Shown here: positions 26,806-40,460 of the stretch, one piece after another
Layout: the number at the start of each line of letters is the position of its first letter
Position numbering within the stretch: the first letter of the stretch is position 1
Source: Epiperipatus broadwayi
Taxonomy: Eukaryota > Animalia > Onychophora
Assembly (NCBI GenBank): GCA_028023455.1
Contig: JAQFVV010000002.1
Span: 22,320,001-22,384,000, forward strand
Length of the DNA stretch: 64,000 nucleotides
Reading direction: 5' to 3'
Position numbers and translations under genes: made by a program
The notes under the pieces: generated by a model
What the model saw: only the letters and a program-made list of their open reading frames with translations
Database searches by the model: none
Told to the model about the DNA's origin: nothing

Positions 26806-27345
26806 TAGGGAATTTGAAATCAGATTTTCAAGCACCCTTCAACTATCCACACTGTCTCATACAAATGATACACATGACCACACACATGTAGAAAAGATAA
26901 ATAATCATCAATATACATATTACACATCAAGCTTGTATCCTGCCCATCCCTCTTCTATGTATTTAAATGGATGAAGTCCTATATATGAGGGGTCAGAGTG
27001 ACTTGAGGTCAACATGGGTATGGCAATAATATTGGCATCAGCATGGGATTTGGGTTTCATCTTCAGATTGTCAATGATATGGATGGCTGAAAAGTTGGAG
27101 GTTGGAGTAGATTGAAGCCTGTTCATTAAAGTATGAAGATTTGCTACCTTAATATAAACTTAGCACTGATTATATATATGTGTGGGAGATGATAATCTGG
27201 ACCAACTGATGAGTGCTGATTTAGCATGAAATATGTATATTGGTATTTATTTATCTTTTCTACATGTGTGTGGTCGTGTATATCATTTGTATGAGATAGT
27301 GTGGATAGTTGAAGGGTGCTTGAAAATTTGAGTTCAAATCCCCTA
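26806..27345 (+). mobile_element. Family A repeat with an inverted copy of its 3' ~115 bp at the 5' end; intact HHR at 27191-27250
   Basis: ACCAA CTGATGA GTGCT-gattt-AGCAT GAAA TATGTA TA TTGGT, predicted cleavage after 27239. 26806-26921 is the reverse complement of ~27230-27345. Confidence 0.88.
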
Positions 27346-27839
27346 TACTTATTGTTAAATATATAATATAGACATTATAATAATTTTTTTATTAATTCAG
27401 ATGCATTAACTATAAAACTGATTAAAGTTAAAAATACTTGAATTTTTAATAAAAAGAAAGCATTATTCCTTTTCATTTAAATTATCCATTAAATTTAATT
27501 TTGTAATATATTTTACAGAGCTTTTCACTTGATTAAAGATTCCTTCACAAAATCTGAGTTTAATTACATTTTATTTTTGAGTTAATAAAAAATAAATTTG
27601 TTTTTGAAACTAATTTTTAATTTCATTTAAGTTTAATTTAATTTAACACAATTATTACATTTATCACTTAAGGATATTTAAAATATTTTTTAAATCACAA
27701 TAAAAAATTTAAGATGGTGAACCATTTGGTTAGCTAAAATCATTGTACAAATATCATAACAAAATTAACACTTTAAAATTGATTGAAAGTTAATTTTTAT
27801 ATATAGTTGAGGGATAAACATATTTGCAAAATGATGATA

Positions 27840-28325
27840 CACATACATATATATTTAGTTATATGATTGAATATTTATAAATACAGTAATCAGATATATT
27901 TTGAAAATTTTATCCACTTAGGAATGCTTTCAACCATCATTGTAGTCTTTGTCAACTAACATTTTGAAAGATTAACTTTCCCACAACTCTGTGATCTTAA
28001 AGTTTGCTGCTTGCCTGTTAATTAAGTCATGTTTGTATTTGTATATTAGCATAGCTTCATTTATTTTTGTTTTGTTGTTATTTTTTTTAATTTGCAATAT
28101 TTTAACATTATTGTAATTGAAGTTAAAACCATAAATACATGAATTATTATGGTCATGAAAAACATGCTGAAACATTATCTACTTGGGAAGATTAGCCTTT
28201 CAAAGTATTAGTTGACAAAGACTACGGGGATAATTAAAAGCGCTCCTAAGTGGATAAAATTTTTTTAAAAATATTTCTGATTGCTGTATTTATAAATATT
28301 CAATTATATAATTACATATATTGCT
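27840..28325 (-). mobile_element. Penelope-like element 3' fragment (GIY-YIG C-terminus plus 3' region) with inverted duplication
   Basis: ORF 27972-28175 FNFNYNNVKILQIKKNNNKTKINEAMLIYKYKHDLIN resembles the PLE endonuclease tail (FxFxNVKIL...KRKIxEAxxI...IN). ~150-bp inverted arms at 27840-27990 and 28175-28325. Confidence 0.75.
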
Positions 28326-28825
28326 TTGAAGAAATACATACACCTTTACCCCTCTTAGCGATGGCAATTGGTTCTCCAAAACTCATCGTTAAGCAAGAAT
28401 ATCATATACAGAATATGTATTTATAATGGAGGTCTATGGGAAAAAGATTGATTGGTTTCTAAAGCTAAAAAATTATACTAACTTAGGAATAAAATACATA
28501 TTAAAAAAATTATTCATTAACACTTATTTTAAATGCAATCTGTTTTTCTTCTTAAACTTTTTTCTAATTCAACATTCCATTTTAAAATGTTGTTTTTCTT
28601 TTGATTTGAAACCACTTGGGTATAAACAACATTTTTAACAAAGTTACAAAATCAATAAATATTTTTACGTAATTACCAGGCAATCTAAAAATAATATACA
28701 GTAATTAAGGTAGACATACACACAGCTTAATATTTGTCTTTAGTGTTTTCCTGAAAGTTTGTGATGATGGTATTTTAGTTGTACTGTACCGTATTTATAT
28801 ATTGGACTATTTCATCATCTAATAT

Positions 28826-28927
28826 AAGTGTTGAATGTCTTTAGAAAAATTAAACTTTATTTAAATAATCCAAGTTCTGTAATTATATTTAAATAAAGTT
28901 TAATTTTTCTAAAGACATTCAACACTT
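28826..28927. repeat. Perfect 42-bp inverted repeat with 18-nt spacer
   Basis: AAGTGTTGAATGTCTTTAGAAAAATTAAACTTTATTTAAATA (28826-28867) is the exact reverse complement of 28886-28927. Confidence 0.95.
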
Positions 28928-29267
28928 GTATGTACAGTATATAGTATTATATATTTTAAGTTTATACGTTCTAAATTTTTAAAAAAATATTTCCCGATCG
29001 ATCGTTATAGTGAATAATAGATTGTAAATCGAAGTAATGGGTACAAATTGATGATGATCGCTATTGTAAAATATCACTAAGTGAGGTTTAGGTGTATTAT
29101 GTTAACCTTTATAAAAATTCTCTATATAATAAATATTGATTAACATTAAAGTAAAATATTAGTGCATAAACCAAGTAAAATTTATTTATATTAATGCATA
29201 TATATATATATATGAAATAAGCATTTATTTTTTATAGTGCTGTTTTTAACACTAACTGAAATAATCA

Positions 29268-29585
29268 TACAAATATATAAACCATTCTACAATTACAAAT
29301 ATCCAGCAACAAACTCTGTTTAATAGTCTATATCTCAATAATAGCGAACTTCAAAATGATACCACTTTGAAGTTGTAAACTTGTTAGTTTATTAGCAAAA
29401 TTTAAGATCGTTTGATTATTTAAAATTTCATGCTCTGTGTTTGAGTTAGTTTGTATTTCAATATTTAATATCGTTTAGTGTACAACTTCAAAGTGGTATC
29501 ATTTTGAAGTTCACTATTATTGAGACACTATTAAACAGAAAGCATTACTGGATATTTGTAATTGTATAATGGTTTATATATATAC
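29268..29585. repeat. Fold-back (MITE-like) element with ~115-bp imperfect arms
   Basis: AAACCATT...GAACTTCAAAATGATACCACTTTGAAGTTGTA is mirrored by TACAACTTCAAAGTGGTATCATTTTGAAGTTC...AATGGTTT. Confidence 0.75.
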
Positions 29586-30092
29586 ATATATGAATGTGTG
29601 CTTGTGCATCTAGGCATTAAGCTGATTAAACTGGCAGCTATTTTTTGAGAAAAAGATAGTCTACAATCTGTTTTTAATATTTTGCATGTAATGTTCAAAA
29701 AAATTCATTTGCTTGATAGCTAAGTTTAAAAAAAACATCAACTTTTAGCTTAGATTGTTATTAGATTGAGAATTTGAGTCAATTTAAATTTAAATCCAAA
29801 AATGTTATAATAATTCACAAACAGGGTTCCCAAAAAATTATTTAAATGGACTTGCAAATTACCTTTTTTTCTTATTTCAATGCCAGTTCATGAATATAAA
29901 AAAAGGACATTAATTGCAAGTTCATTTGAATGATTCTTTAGGAATATGGCTTGAAGATTATCTTAATGACATTTTTGAACTTAGTCATTTATGAATCGAT
30001 GTATTATTTTTTTATGTAGGGGTTTGCTCATATTTCATTAATTTATTTTGAAAAAGAATTTATAGATTTAATAAAAAAGAATAATTTATAAA

Positions 30093-30433
30093 CCACTAAG
30101 CATCACATGATCACCATTTCTTATGCTTGTTCATAACTTATTAAAACAGGCAAAACTCTCCATACAGTAGTGCCACTCAGTGCAGGCCAGAGTAATCATT
30201 GGCTTGTGAATAAAATCCCTATCTAGTGCCTGTTCATCCAATATCCCTAGACTGGGTGCAGTGCTCTCAGATCCAAGACTCCTCACTGATGAAAGCCACA
30301 AGCTAGATACTAGTCTGGGGATATTGGATGAGTAGGCACTAGATAGGGATTTTATGCACAAACCTTCTGGCATCCATTGATTACACTGGCTTACACTGAG
30401 TGGCACCACTGTATGGAGAGTTTTGCCTGTTTT
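30093..30433 (+). mobile_element. Family B fold-back repeat with HHR at ~30271-30328 (GAAA mutated to GATA)
   Basis: 13-bp TSD AATAATTTATAAA at 30080-30092 and 30434-30446. ATCCAA-gac-TCCTCA CTGATGA aAGCcacaaGCTa GATA CTAG TC TGGGGA-ta-TTGGAT. Confidence 0.85.
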
Positions 30434-31194
30434 AATAATTTATAAAAAAAATTATAATTTATTGCTGTAGAAATAAATAAAATGCAAATATCTTTTAGTA
30501 GAATCAGTTTTTTTGTTTACTTATAGACATATGATACAATGAAACCACTAACTACATTGTATTAAAATACATGACTTCAATTATAGATGTTATAAACAGT
30601 CAAAAAAAAAACCTCATTAAAATTCACAAATTAATACATTTTACAATAGTCGAGCATCTATTTTTTTGTCTCTGATAACTGTCCGTGATCACATTTATGA
30701 AAATAAAATTTGCAAATAAATTTTAAATTATGCTAGTGGCTGCTTTTTCATCTTGGACTGCTGTAAACAATCATGTTCATTAATAAAGTTTTATAACATA
30801 CTTAAAGTTAATACTGACTTAAAAACATCAAAACAATTAGAGAGATCATAGTTTCTTGATAATGAGACTAGTCTATTATATTTCTGTAAAAGTTATTGAA
30901 ACAAAAAGTATATCCCAGAATGTGATTAATTGTGTATAAAAGTCACTATTTATTTAAAAAATAAAAACACTGCATAGTAAGATTTTATTTATACTTATTT
31001 TTTCATAGAATGGATTAAATGAATAATATCATTCATTTCACTATCAGCTATGAGGTCTTCCACATGATAGTAAGCTGTTTTTCTGTTGTTGTGAGTATAC
31101 TAATAAATATAGCATTCAAAAGTTTTAAAGAAAATTATATAAAATAAAATAAATAGCTTAAAATAAAGTATTAAATGCAATAATAAAAGGTAAT

Positions 31195-31314
31195 CAAAGC
31201 CAAAACTCTCCATACAGTAGTGCCACCCTGTGCCAAACAGAGTAATCAATGGATGCCAGAAGGCTTGTGCATAAAATCCCTATTATGTGCTAGTATGGAG
31301 ATGGTGATCATGTG
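31195..31314. mobile_element. Family B short copy (no HHR)
   Basis: Family B sequence flanked by a 12-bp TSD ATAAAAGGTAAT. Confidence 0.8.
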
Positions 31315-34300
31315 ATAAAAGGTAATGTTCAAATTGTAGATGAAGCTATTAAAAGTTGTATTTTAAAATAATAAGTAATGTAGTAGGTTTATTAAAAGTC
31401 TTTACATTTAAAAGAAATTAATAAATTATATAAACTATGTTAAAACTGTTCTCTTATCAAAGATTTAAAGACTGTAAAAAATGTATTGCAAAACAACTTG
31501 AGTATACTAGTGTTAAAAGAAATTGATTTTAAATAATTAATTTTAAAATAAGTTAATAAAAAGTTTAAGTCTGTTTTGACTTGTGAGATTCGAAAAACGG
31601 GGTAAAAAATTTAAGCAATATAGCAATTACTGTACTGTGTTTTGAAAATTCATTTAAATAATGATGATGTTTTGAAAATTCATGTAATTAAAATAAAATG
31701 AAATTATAAAGGAATTGAAAATAAGAGATTATCAAAGGTGTTTAAAACAAGAGGTCAAAGGTATATGTAGTCAATTTTTCTTGAAATTAATCAGTTTGGA
31801 TTCTTGCTTTACTCAAGCTGCGTTGAACCATCATTAGGATGAGTGAGTAGAAAAGAGGAAAGCCAATGACTGACTGCCTGAAATCTAAGCTGAACTCTAT
31901 GAATCTGATCAAGCTATTTGGAAGAAATCTTTACTCAAAATAAAGGAAAGAATATGCTTAAACCTCAAATTTCAAAAATAGGACATTGATAGAACATTAT
32001 AGCAAATTGTAAAGAAAGGAACATGATTATAAATGGTATCAATTAATGCATGCCTTTGTAGGAAAAAAATCAGCCTGGAAAAAGTACAACAAACTAGAGA
32101 ATTTCAGATACAAACTTTTTCCGTGATGAGCTTAAAAAAAAACAACTGTTTATTGATTAGATGGTTATCCTAGTATTAATCATTTTAAGTTTTATTTTAT
32201 GACTTCTTGGCTTATATCTAATTATAATCAACTATATTTTATTATGAATAGAGTGTTTATGTAATATATTATTTAATTGATTGAATTAAAAGAAGCGAAT
32301 GTTTTTTTTTTTTTAAAAGTTAGCATTTGTTGTTAAGCATCTATAAAAACTTTAGCTGCATTTTAAAACAGTTTAAATTTATATATTTGAGAAAAAAAAT
32401 TTGCTTCATCTTTTCTTTTATTATATGATCAGTTTAATGTTCTTCTAAATTGTTGGTCAATTTGTAAAGTTAGATAAAATAATCAGGATATAATATTCAT
32501 TTTAAACTCGTGAAGTGTGTATGTTTGTAAAATATTTAAAGAAAAGTATCCCGGTATTAAAATAATGGTTGGTAATATAATTATTAGAGTTTGAATTAAG
32601 TTTAATTATATATTGTAACTATTAGTTTCTGTCACGGACAAACTAACAAGGGGTAAATTCAGTGCAACGTTAGTTTTTTACATAATCTAAGATTTTTTTT
32701 TTTTTAATCAAAATTTTAAGTTAAATAGAAGTTGGTATTTTGTCTTTAAAATAAAAACATCGTAAATTCCGTAAATTTCAAAATTACAATGTATAAGTAT
32801 AGAGAGGGAAGGGGGGTGATTGTCTTGCATGCTTTATAAAACTTTAAAACAGTTAATTAAGAAAATAATAAAAATAAAATTGAATCTACAATATTTTAAA
32901 AGTGAAAGTTGATATCACAAATAAAATTTTAACTTGCCAATTCTAGTAATTGATTAATATTTAGTTGTATGGAGAGATATTTCTTCAAATTTCAAAAAGA
33001 TTATAAAATCCGTCTAATGTTCATTAAAGTAACAATAGGTACATTGCTAGTAATTAGTATTTATATGTGCGTGCATGCATGTGTGTGATGTATATAGTTT
33101 TAATTATACAGAAAATCTGAAGGTCTTACACATCATATAATGTACCATTCAATAGTGTCTTGAGAGGGTTATTATTTTACCTTGGTATTAAATAAATTCA
33201 TTATTATTTTCACTCATAAATCTTTAAGCAAAATTTAGTCTATTCATCTTTATTGAAATAATTTTTTAAAATATTTGCCACTATTTTCTTTTTACATCTT
33301 TTTTGTTGTTCAAAGTGGGAAAATATCTCAAGAACACATGGGAAGGGAAGGTTGGTGAATAAGTAATGTCCAGACAAAAATTGAACAAACCGATTAAAAA
33401 TTAATATTAGAGGTCAAAGTGTAAATAGTTAGATCAGAAGAGTGATAAACGGATAGATTCAATAAAACTAAGTTCATATTTGAGCTAAGGGTCTTGTCTG
33501 AAAATCTTGTGCCAAGTGAGCACGCAACAATTCCGTTTCAGTCTATCATCTGACTAAAGTTATTAGTTTTTATTTAAAAAGTGTATATTGTATATTTTAC
33601 TAATGGAGCATTAGAAAGTTAATAGGCACACTTATCTCCTCTATTAAGTCAATTGGTGCCAAAAATTTTACCAATCTACAAGGAAATCAATACACATCAT
33701 GTTTAAGTCAATGCGTTCAATTCGGATGCTTCAATCTACATATCCGAGAATGTCTCAGGTACAGACTTTTATTGTTTTCATTGAATGATTTAATAAGTGA
33801 ATTTGGATGGATCATTGTACTACAAACTTTTATTGATCTTAATCTTATATGGAATAAGTCATTTTTTAATATTTGAATTTTTAATTTTATTACAAACATT
33901 TGTAATATTTTATACTACTTCAAATATTTAATTTTTAATACGGGAATAAATGGATTATAAAAAAAATAAAGGACTGAAAGAGTAATAATAATAAATGCCA
34001 TGTTTATCTTTATATTTGATTACAGACAATATAGTTAAAAGAGTAACTTATACTTACTGTAATAATTAAGATTCTCCGAGTAAACCTTTGAGTTCTCGTG
34101 AGAGAATAGTTATAAAATAAAGTTTGAAAATTCGAGTCAAAACAATTCTTTCAATAAATGTGATGGACAAAGAAGTCTAAATAAAAATTTCTTTAAAGTA
34201 TTACTAATATAGATATAGTGAACATCTGGTCTTATGAAATATTTTCAATGGAATAAATTGTGCAGGAATTTTATATAAATGAATTTAAAATATTATTACA

Positions 34301-34399
34301 AGCATCTAGGATAAATGTAATCTTGAAATAATGGAAACCAAACTCAAAGGATAACATATTGATGAAATAATGAAAATTAAAGTCATATCGGAAAATTCC

Positions 34400-34493
34400 C
34401 GAGAGGTCATGCAGCCGCCTTGCAAGCAAGTAGTTGTTTGCAGACGGTTGTGGGTCCGCCTCTCGGCCGATGCTATGACATATGAAAAAAAAA
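34400..34493 (+). mobile_element. tRNA-derived SINE, 5'-truncated second copy
   Basis: GAGAGGTCATGCAGCCGCCTTGCAAGCAAGTAGTTG...CGGCCGATGCTATGACATATG plus an A tail. Reverse complement of the 15.1 kb copy. Confidence 0.8.
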
Positions 34494-37400
34494 GGAAGTA
34501 ATATAATAAATGTGTGAATTACTGTGCTATATTGTGAATAAGATTATGGAAATCCAGATCTTAATGTAGCTACGATATTAAATGTGTTTTAACTTCGTTG
34601 TAGCACCAAATAAACATTAATATTTTGGACAGCTTCAATGATATTCTACCATGGCCAGCATTTATTTTATTTTTTCCATTTAAAAATGATATATGTCCTT
34701 TCTTGGGGCAGTTCATGGGAGAATAATTGCCAGCATCCCCAGTGTACCAAGAAAGAGACAATACGTAAATTTATTAGATTTACTATTGCATTACATTAGA
34801 TTTGTTAATATGTTAGTTAAGAGTTAAAAAAAAAAGTTTTGTCTCCATATTCAATCTAATTTACAGTTTACAAATAATTTGGTTTACTGTAGTATTGCTC
34901 GAGTCTGTATATATATTTTTTTCTGTATTAGAAATGCTAGGGGAGTATGATGTATGAAAGGGTTTACAAGATATTGTTATGCTAATAATTTCAATTAATA
35001 TTTTCACGTTATTTAATTTTTCATATTTCGTATTTCATCGCTATGCTCGGAAGTGTGTGAGTTATTTAAAATGCGTATTTAAAATGAAATAATGCTTATT
35101 TCTTAGCCTAGAGAATTATTTTTAAGTAAAATTTATTCTAATCGGTTCATGCATCAATAATATGATACCCTTTTTTATGCTATGTGAAGGTGCAAGTGAC
35201 CTGTTTATTGAGGTGAGCGCGTAGTTTACCGCCTCTAAGGATTGAGATGAAGCATAGCTCTCTCATGATTCAATAATTTTTATCTGAAAGTATTTTTAGG
35301 AGATCGAGGACTTGATCTCAGCTCCAATCTTGTTTTATTGCTTCTTAAGAGAAATATTTATGGTTGTAGTTTGCAGTGTTCTTAGTATGCCTCATATATG
35401 TGCAGAGAAGAGTTCCTCACATACTTGAGCCTCAGGAAGAAGGCAAATTCTTAGGTCTATGCTAGCACCAAAAAGTTATTATTATTAACTTATTCTCTCT
35501 TATGAAAGCAACATTGTATCAGTACCCAGTAATGTATGATAATTGCGTGTTTATTGCTTGTTGGATCATTGCATACTAGTGAAAAGTAGTTACTTGTTTA
35601 GGGACTAAATATCACATCCTATTCATAAATTGATATACTGAGTAGCTAAACTTTGCTCTAGCTTGTGTGAGAACTGATCTTTATTCTAAATTTCTGTTCG
35701 TAAATTTGAATTCAGGCAAGCATTATGCATTATACCAGGTTCATGCAGAAGCAAGTCATCGCTGGACTGGTAAGAAAGGAATAGTGAACTCATGTTGGGT
35801 TATAGCAGTAGATACGCGTATGTGTGCATTGATATAGTTATTAAAGCATACTACATAATTATTAGATAGAATTTGAATACTAAGTTATGGGAATAGTAGT
35901 TCGCGAAATGCGTATAAATTTAAAAAGTAAAAGTTAGAGTAATTTTTATTGCATTTAAGATATGAGTTTCTTAAGTAACATAGCTTTAGTATCTTAAAAA
36001 TATATAAATGTCTTAATAAACTGAATAAATATTACATTAAATTTTTATGGGCTTTAAGCTAATTAACATGGTTAGCAATAGTTGTATTTTACATAATGTT
36101 ACTGAAGTGCCATTTCAGATATAACCAAATAGATATTAAACGATGTATTATGGATCAAAAGAATTATAAATTACTTATATTGTGATTAGTTCCAAAACTA
36201 TTTGTAATAAAGGTTATGACTGGGACAAACTATGTATTCGTTTTATTAAGTTTATACAAGTTCGCAAATTGTAGCTAGTGCAGATCCCCATTGTGAATAA
36301 TTTTAATTGTATCTCATATTTTCCTTTATTTGGGATCGCTACAATGTTGAAGTGAATTGTAGTCTTTTCTTTTATATAGTTTTTAATCAATATTTGTTAT
36401 TTTTAAAATTTAAACTTGTGTCTGGTGTCTTAATGTTTATGGGTGTCCAGAGCCACACAATATCAGAACATCACAATATTAGAGTTTCATAATATTGACA
36501 GAATTATATTTATAAATTTATTATAATCATTAATACTCGAAGTATAACATGAAAGAATTAATTGAAATAACTCATATTTCTAGCATGGATTGGCCATAAA
36601 ATATCTTTTTATTAATTTTTACTGTTAGAGTAAAATAATACATTTTCACTTGTTAAGATTTGAAGATTTGAATTAATGGCATATATGTTAAAAATTTTAA
36701 TAAGTACTTGGCAAACAGATGAGAGAATGGTTTTGTAATAAAATTAATATTTAATTGTTCAGTTAAAATCTCTTCTTCACTCTTGATATTTGGATGCCTT
36801 ATCATATTATTATCCTTATTATTTTAAGTCCTATTATTAGCATTAGTGAAAGTAGACATTAGCTTAAGTAAGCATATGTCTATTCAATTTGTATTTGCTG
36901 GGATAGTGTCCAAAGGTCGGCAGTGAATTGAAAAGTGATTGATTGTTGCACTTCACCACAAGTCATGACCCTGAGAACAAGAGCATTCATAATTTTAAGT
37001 GTTTAAAGAATAAGATTATCATTATTAGAGGGTTAGAGAATACAAAGGGTTTGAGTTAGAAACTGGTATATTCTACTTCTGTATGTGCATATGGGTTAGC
37101 ATTAAAAAGACAATTGAGATGGGATGGAAGATCTAAACACTACTATTTAAGATTAAAATAATCGTAACTGTGGAGGGTGATGGATGTGGAGAACGAAGAG
37201 AAAATTAATTTCTTGTAAGGAAGGGGTAGATTTAAAATTTTCTATTTTGTTTTAGTTAAAATATAGGATTTTAATTCTTTTATTGGTATAAATTTTATGA
37301 GTTCTCTGCATGGATTACTGATTCATTTCCATTCGTTACACATGAAACATAAAGAAGAACATTATTGTAGTTGCCACGGAGATCATATAGCTATGTGCAT

Positions 37401-39069
37401 TTGTGGAGGAAATTTGATTATGTTTTTAAATAATGTATCAGAAATTTATTTTCATAATAATTACTGAGTTCAAACTCAGAACTCAACATATTATTTATAA
37501 TTTAAAATATTATTAAAATTATATTTTCTTTTGGAAAAGTTTTAATAACTTGCTTCCTCCATAGACTGCCCATTTATTAAGCAATGATGAGCTCAGGTGG
37601 ATACTATATTTGATGCTACAGTTGCAATTTGGCACCCGAATAAAATACCTACATCATTATTATTAGATATTTCTGTCTTATCTAGTCTAAAGGAAGTTGA
37701 GATTACAGGCTGTCTATTGGATTTTAGTTTTATTGGATTTTGCTGCCTGAAGATAAGGTCACAATATAAATTAGCCCTCCTTTTGATTGCTGTGAGTTAA
37801 ATTTTATATATTTAGAATTTATAATGTAAATACAGTTGTTATATTATTGTTGAATAGTTAAAATGTACTACATCTAGATGGTGAATTTATTTACAGTTTT
37901 GTTTTGTAAATCAAAGGTTAGATTTCAAAAGGAAGCACCTCACATATTTGGGTTGAATTATTATTAAATTAGAAACCAGATTTCAAAAAAATTAGCTCTG
38001 TAATTAAGTTGTTATTTTTAAATCTGGATTCGGACCTAAAGTTGTTACCTCCTAAAATTATCCTTGTAAGGAACACATGCTATGAATGTATTATATTTGT
38101 GAGTCAGCTATATGTAGAATTATATCCAGAATATATTAAAGGCCAGGGATTTACACTATGGCAAGTATGCTCAGTTATAGAACTATGTTAGTATTATAAA
38201 AGTAATTGAAAGATTAATGTTTTAAAATTAATCAAAATAAACTTTGGAGTCTTTACAAATAATTACTATTGTTTTCCATTGTGCATGGGAACTAAAAGTT
38301 AAGGGAGGAATAGTTTAATAAAAGCAACTATTGCCATTAAATTCTAATGTTTTTTTTATTGGGAGTAATTTATGTTCTGTGACTTAGCCAGATATTGCAA
38401 ATAGTGGTTGTGTAGTGTTCATAATAATCACATATTAAAGAAAATAGTTTGAATTCTTTTAAAGTATGTAAATTATGATTATGTGCTCATATATTTCCTG
38501 ATGTTTAATGTTAGGTGGCACTCAAATCAATTAAATTACAATAAATTTAAACATATATAAACTGACCATTACAATATGTAAATGTTTCTCCTCAATTTAT
38601 TATTAATAATTACATTATTATTTTAATTTTTTTTATTTATTTATATTATAATCTTAATTTATATATGCATACTATACATATAAAAAAGCTTCTTTGTTGT
38701 GTAAAACTGTGCTTGTTGAAAAATACTGTACACTTGCAGTTCAATAAATAATACATTATAATCAAAGTTTATCAACAAAATGTGATCTATTATTTTTATC
38801 TAGTAATTGGAATAGCCAGATGCACCAACTATCTGAAAGCAAAAATTCTAAGTCTAAGATTTGAATGTCAACTAGGTTAAATATTTTTTTCAGTTTTAAA
38901 CAGGCTTAGAATTTTTTGTGTGAATAGTTGGCCCATCTGGCTTTTCCAATTACTGGATTAAAAAATGAATGAATATTCAGCCACTCTTAATTAGAGAATC
39001 AATCAAGAAAGATGTCCAGTCATGATCAAGCCTGAAAGTCTTCTTCCTGTTTCTCTTTGGAAGTTTTTT

Positions 39070-39635
39070 TAATAATCTTCATACTTCCTCATTCTTTTTT
39101 ATTCTTCATATAAATAAAGATACAATAATAGACAAATGATCCCCAAGATGCATTTCATGCTGAACCAGCACTCATCAGTTGGCCCAGATCACCAACTCTC
39201 ATATATATCTTTATTACATGAGCAGTATTTATCTATAGTGAATTGTCACATCTTTATTTACAACCACCAAACTTGCTCCACTCACAACCTCGAATTAGTA
39301 CATTTTTTATAAACCTAACTATGTTTAGCATTAATCATTTATTAAACTAGTTTTTCTCTAGCACAGATATAAACTTGAATCCATGTTAAAGATTATTATA
39401 TCTGATTTTTTATACACACACATACATACCTTTTCACCTTCCTTCTCATATGCATATTATCAATTATTTTAATCTCCATATGTCCTCATTCTTTTTTATT
39501 CTCCATATGACTCTTAAGATGCATTTCATGCTAAACCAGCACTCATCAGTTGGTCCAACTCACCAGCTCTCGTATATATCTTTATTACATGAAGAGTATT
39601 TATCTATGGCAAATTGTCACATCTTTATTTTCTTT
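39070..39635 (-). mobile_element. Tandem pair of a family A-related repeat, each unit with an HHR (39137-39195 and 39508-39560)
   Basis: Both read CCAA CUGAUGA GUGCU-ggu(u/uc)-AGCAU GAAA UGCA UC UU on the minus strand. Predicted cleavage sites are 371 nt apart. Flanking ~65 bp are also duplicated. Confidence 0.82.
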
Positions 39636-39949
39636 TGAAGTTGTTGAAAGGCCTGTGTTCTGCAGTGAATTATTTGAGGCTAGGCTTTCATGTGGGTGTA
39701 CATTAGCACAATCACTTTTCATGCACCTGATTTGATTTGAGTCCAGGCCAAATGAATCTTGAAAATTTGTTTTCCAATAATCATTTCATGATCCATTCAA
39801 CTATCTATCCACTTGTTTGCATTTGGAAAGTTCATTAGATTGTCCTTTTCCATGGCTTTATCTCAAATAAAAGAAAATCATGTTTAATAATTAGAATTTT
39901 ACTGCAAAATGCTGTTCACATTTCTTGTATCAAGTTTAAAACTAGATTT

Positions 39950-40460
39950 TAGATTTTAATGTAAATAAGAATGCCACACAGACTTTCAAGTTCTCTTCAG
40001 TTATCCACTCTATCTCATACAACAGATACCTATGACCACCACACATGTGAAAAAGATAAATGATCTCCACTATATGTATTTTGTGCTGAACCAGCACTCA
40101 TCAGTCAGTCCAGTTCAGCTCTCACACATATATAATTAATGCTCGCTTTATATTAAGATAGCAAATCTTAAAACTTTAATGGACAGGCTTCAACCTACTC
40201 CAACTCTTTAGTCATTCATACGATTGAAAATCTGACGATGGTAGACCCAAATCCCTTGTTAATGCCAATATTTTATATGTGTGGGTGGTGATGATCTGAA
40301 CCAATTGATGAGTACTGGTTCAGGACGAAATACGTATATTGGTGATTATTTATCTTTTCTACATGTGTGTGGTCATGTGAATCAGTGATATGAGATAGTG
40401 TGGATAGCCAAAGAGAGTCTGAAAGTCTGTGTTCAAACCTCCTATATTACATTTAAACTC
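39950..40460. mobile_element. Head-to-head pair of family A copies, each with a slightly mutated HHR (40060-40113 minus; 40291-40349 plus)
   Basis: The minus copy has perfect stem II GTGCTG/CAGCAC but GAAA is mutated to AAAA. The plus copy has TTGATGA...GAAATACGTATATTGGT. Confidence 0.85.

Noticed and set aside
35000-38300. NUMT or degenerate LINE on the minus strand
   Set aside because: No rRNA, tRNA or mitochondrial protein motif could be confirmed. Only vague LINE-like peptides (IDICL, SDDLLL) were seen, too weak to call.
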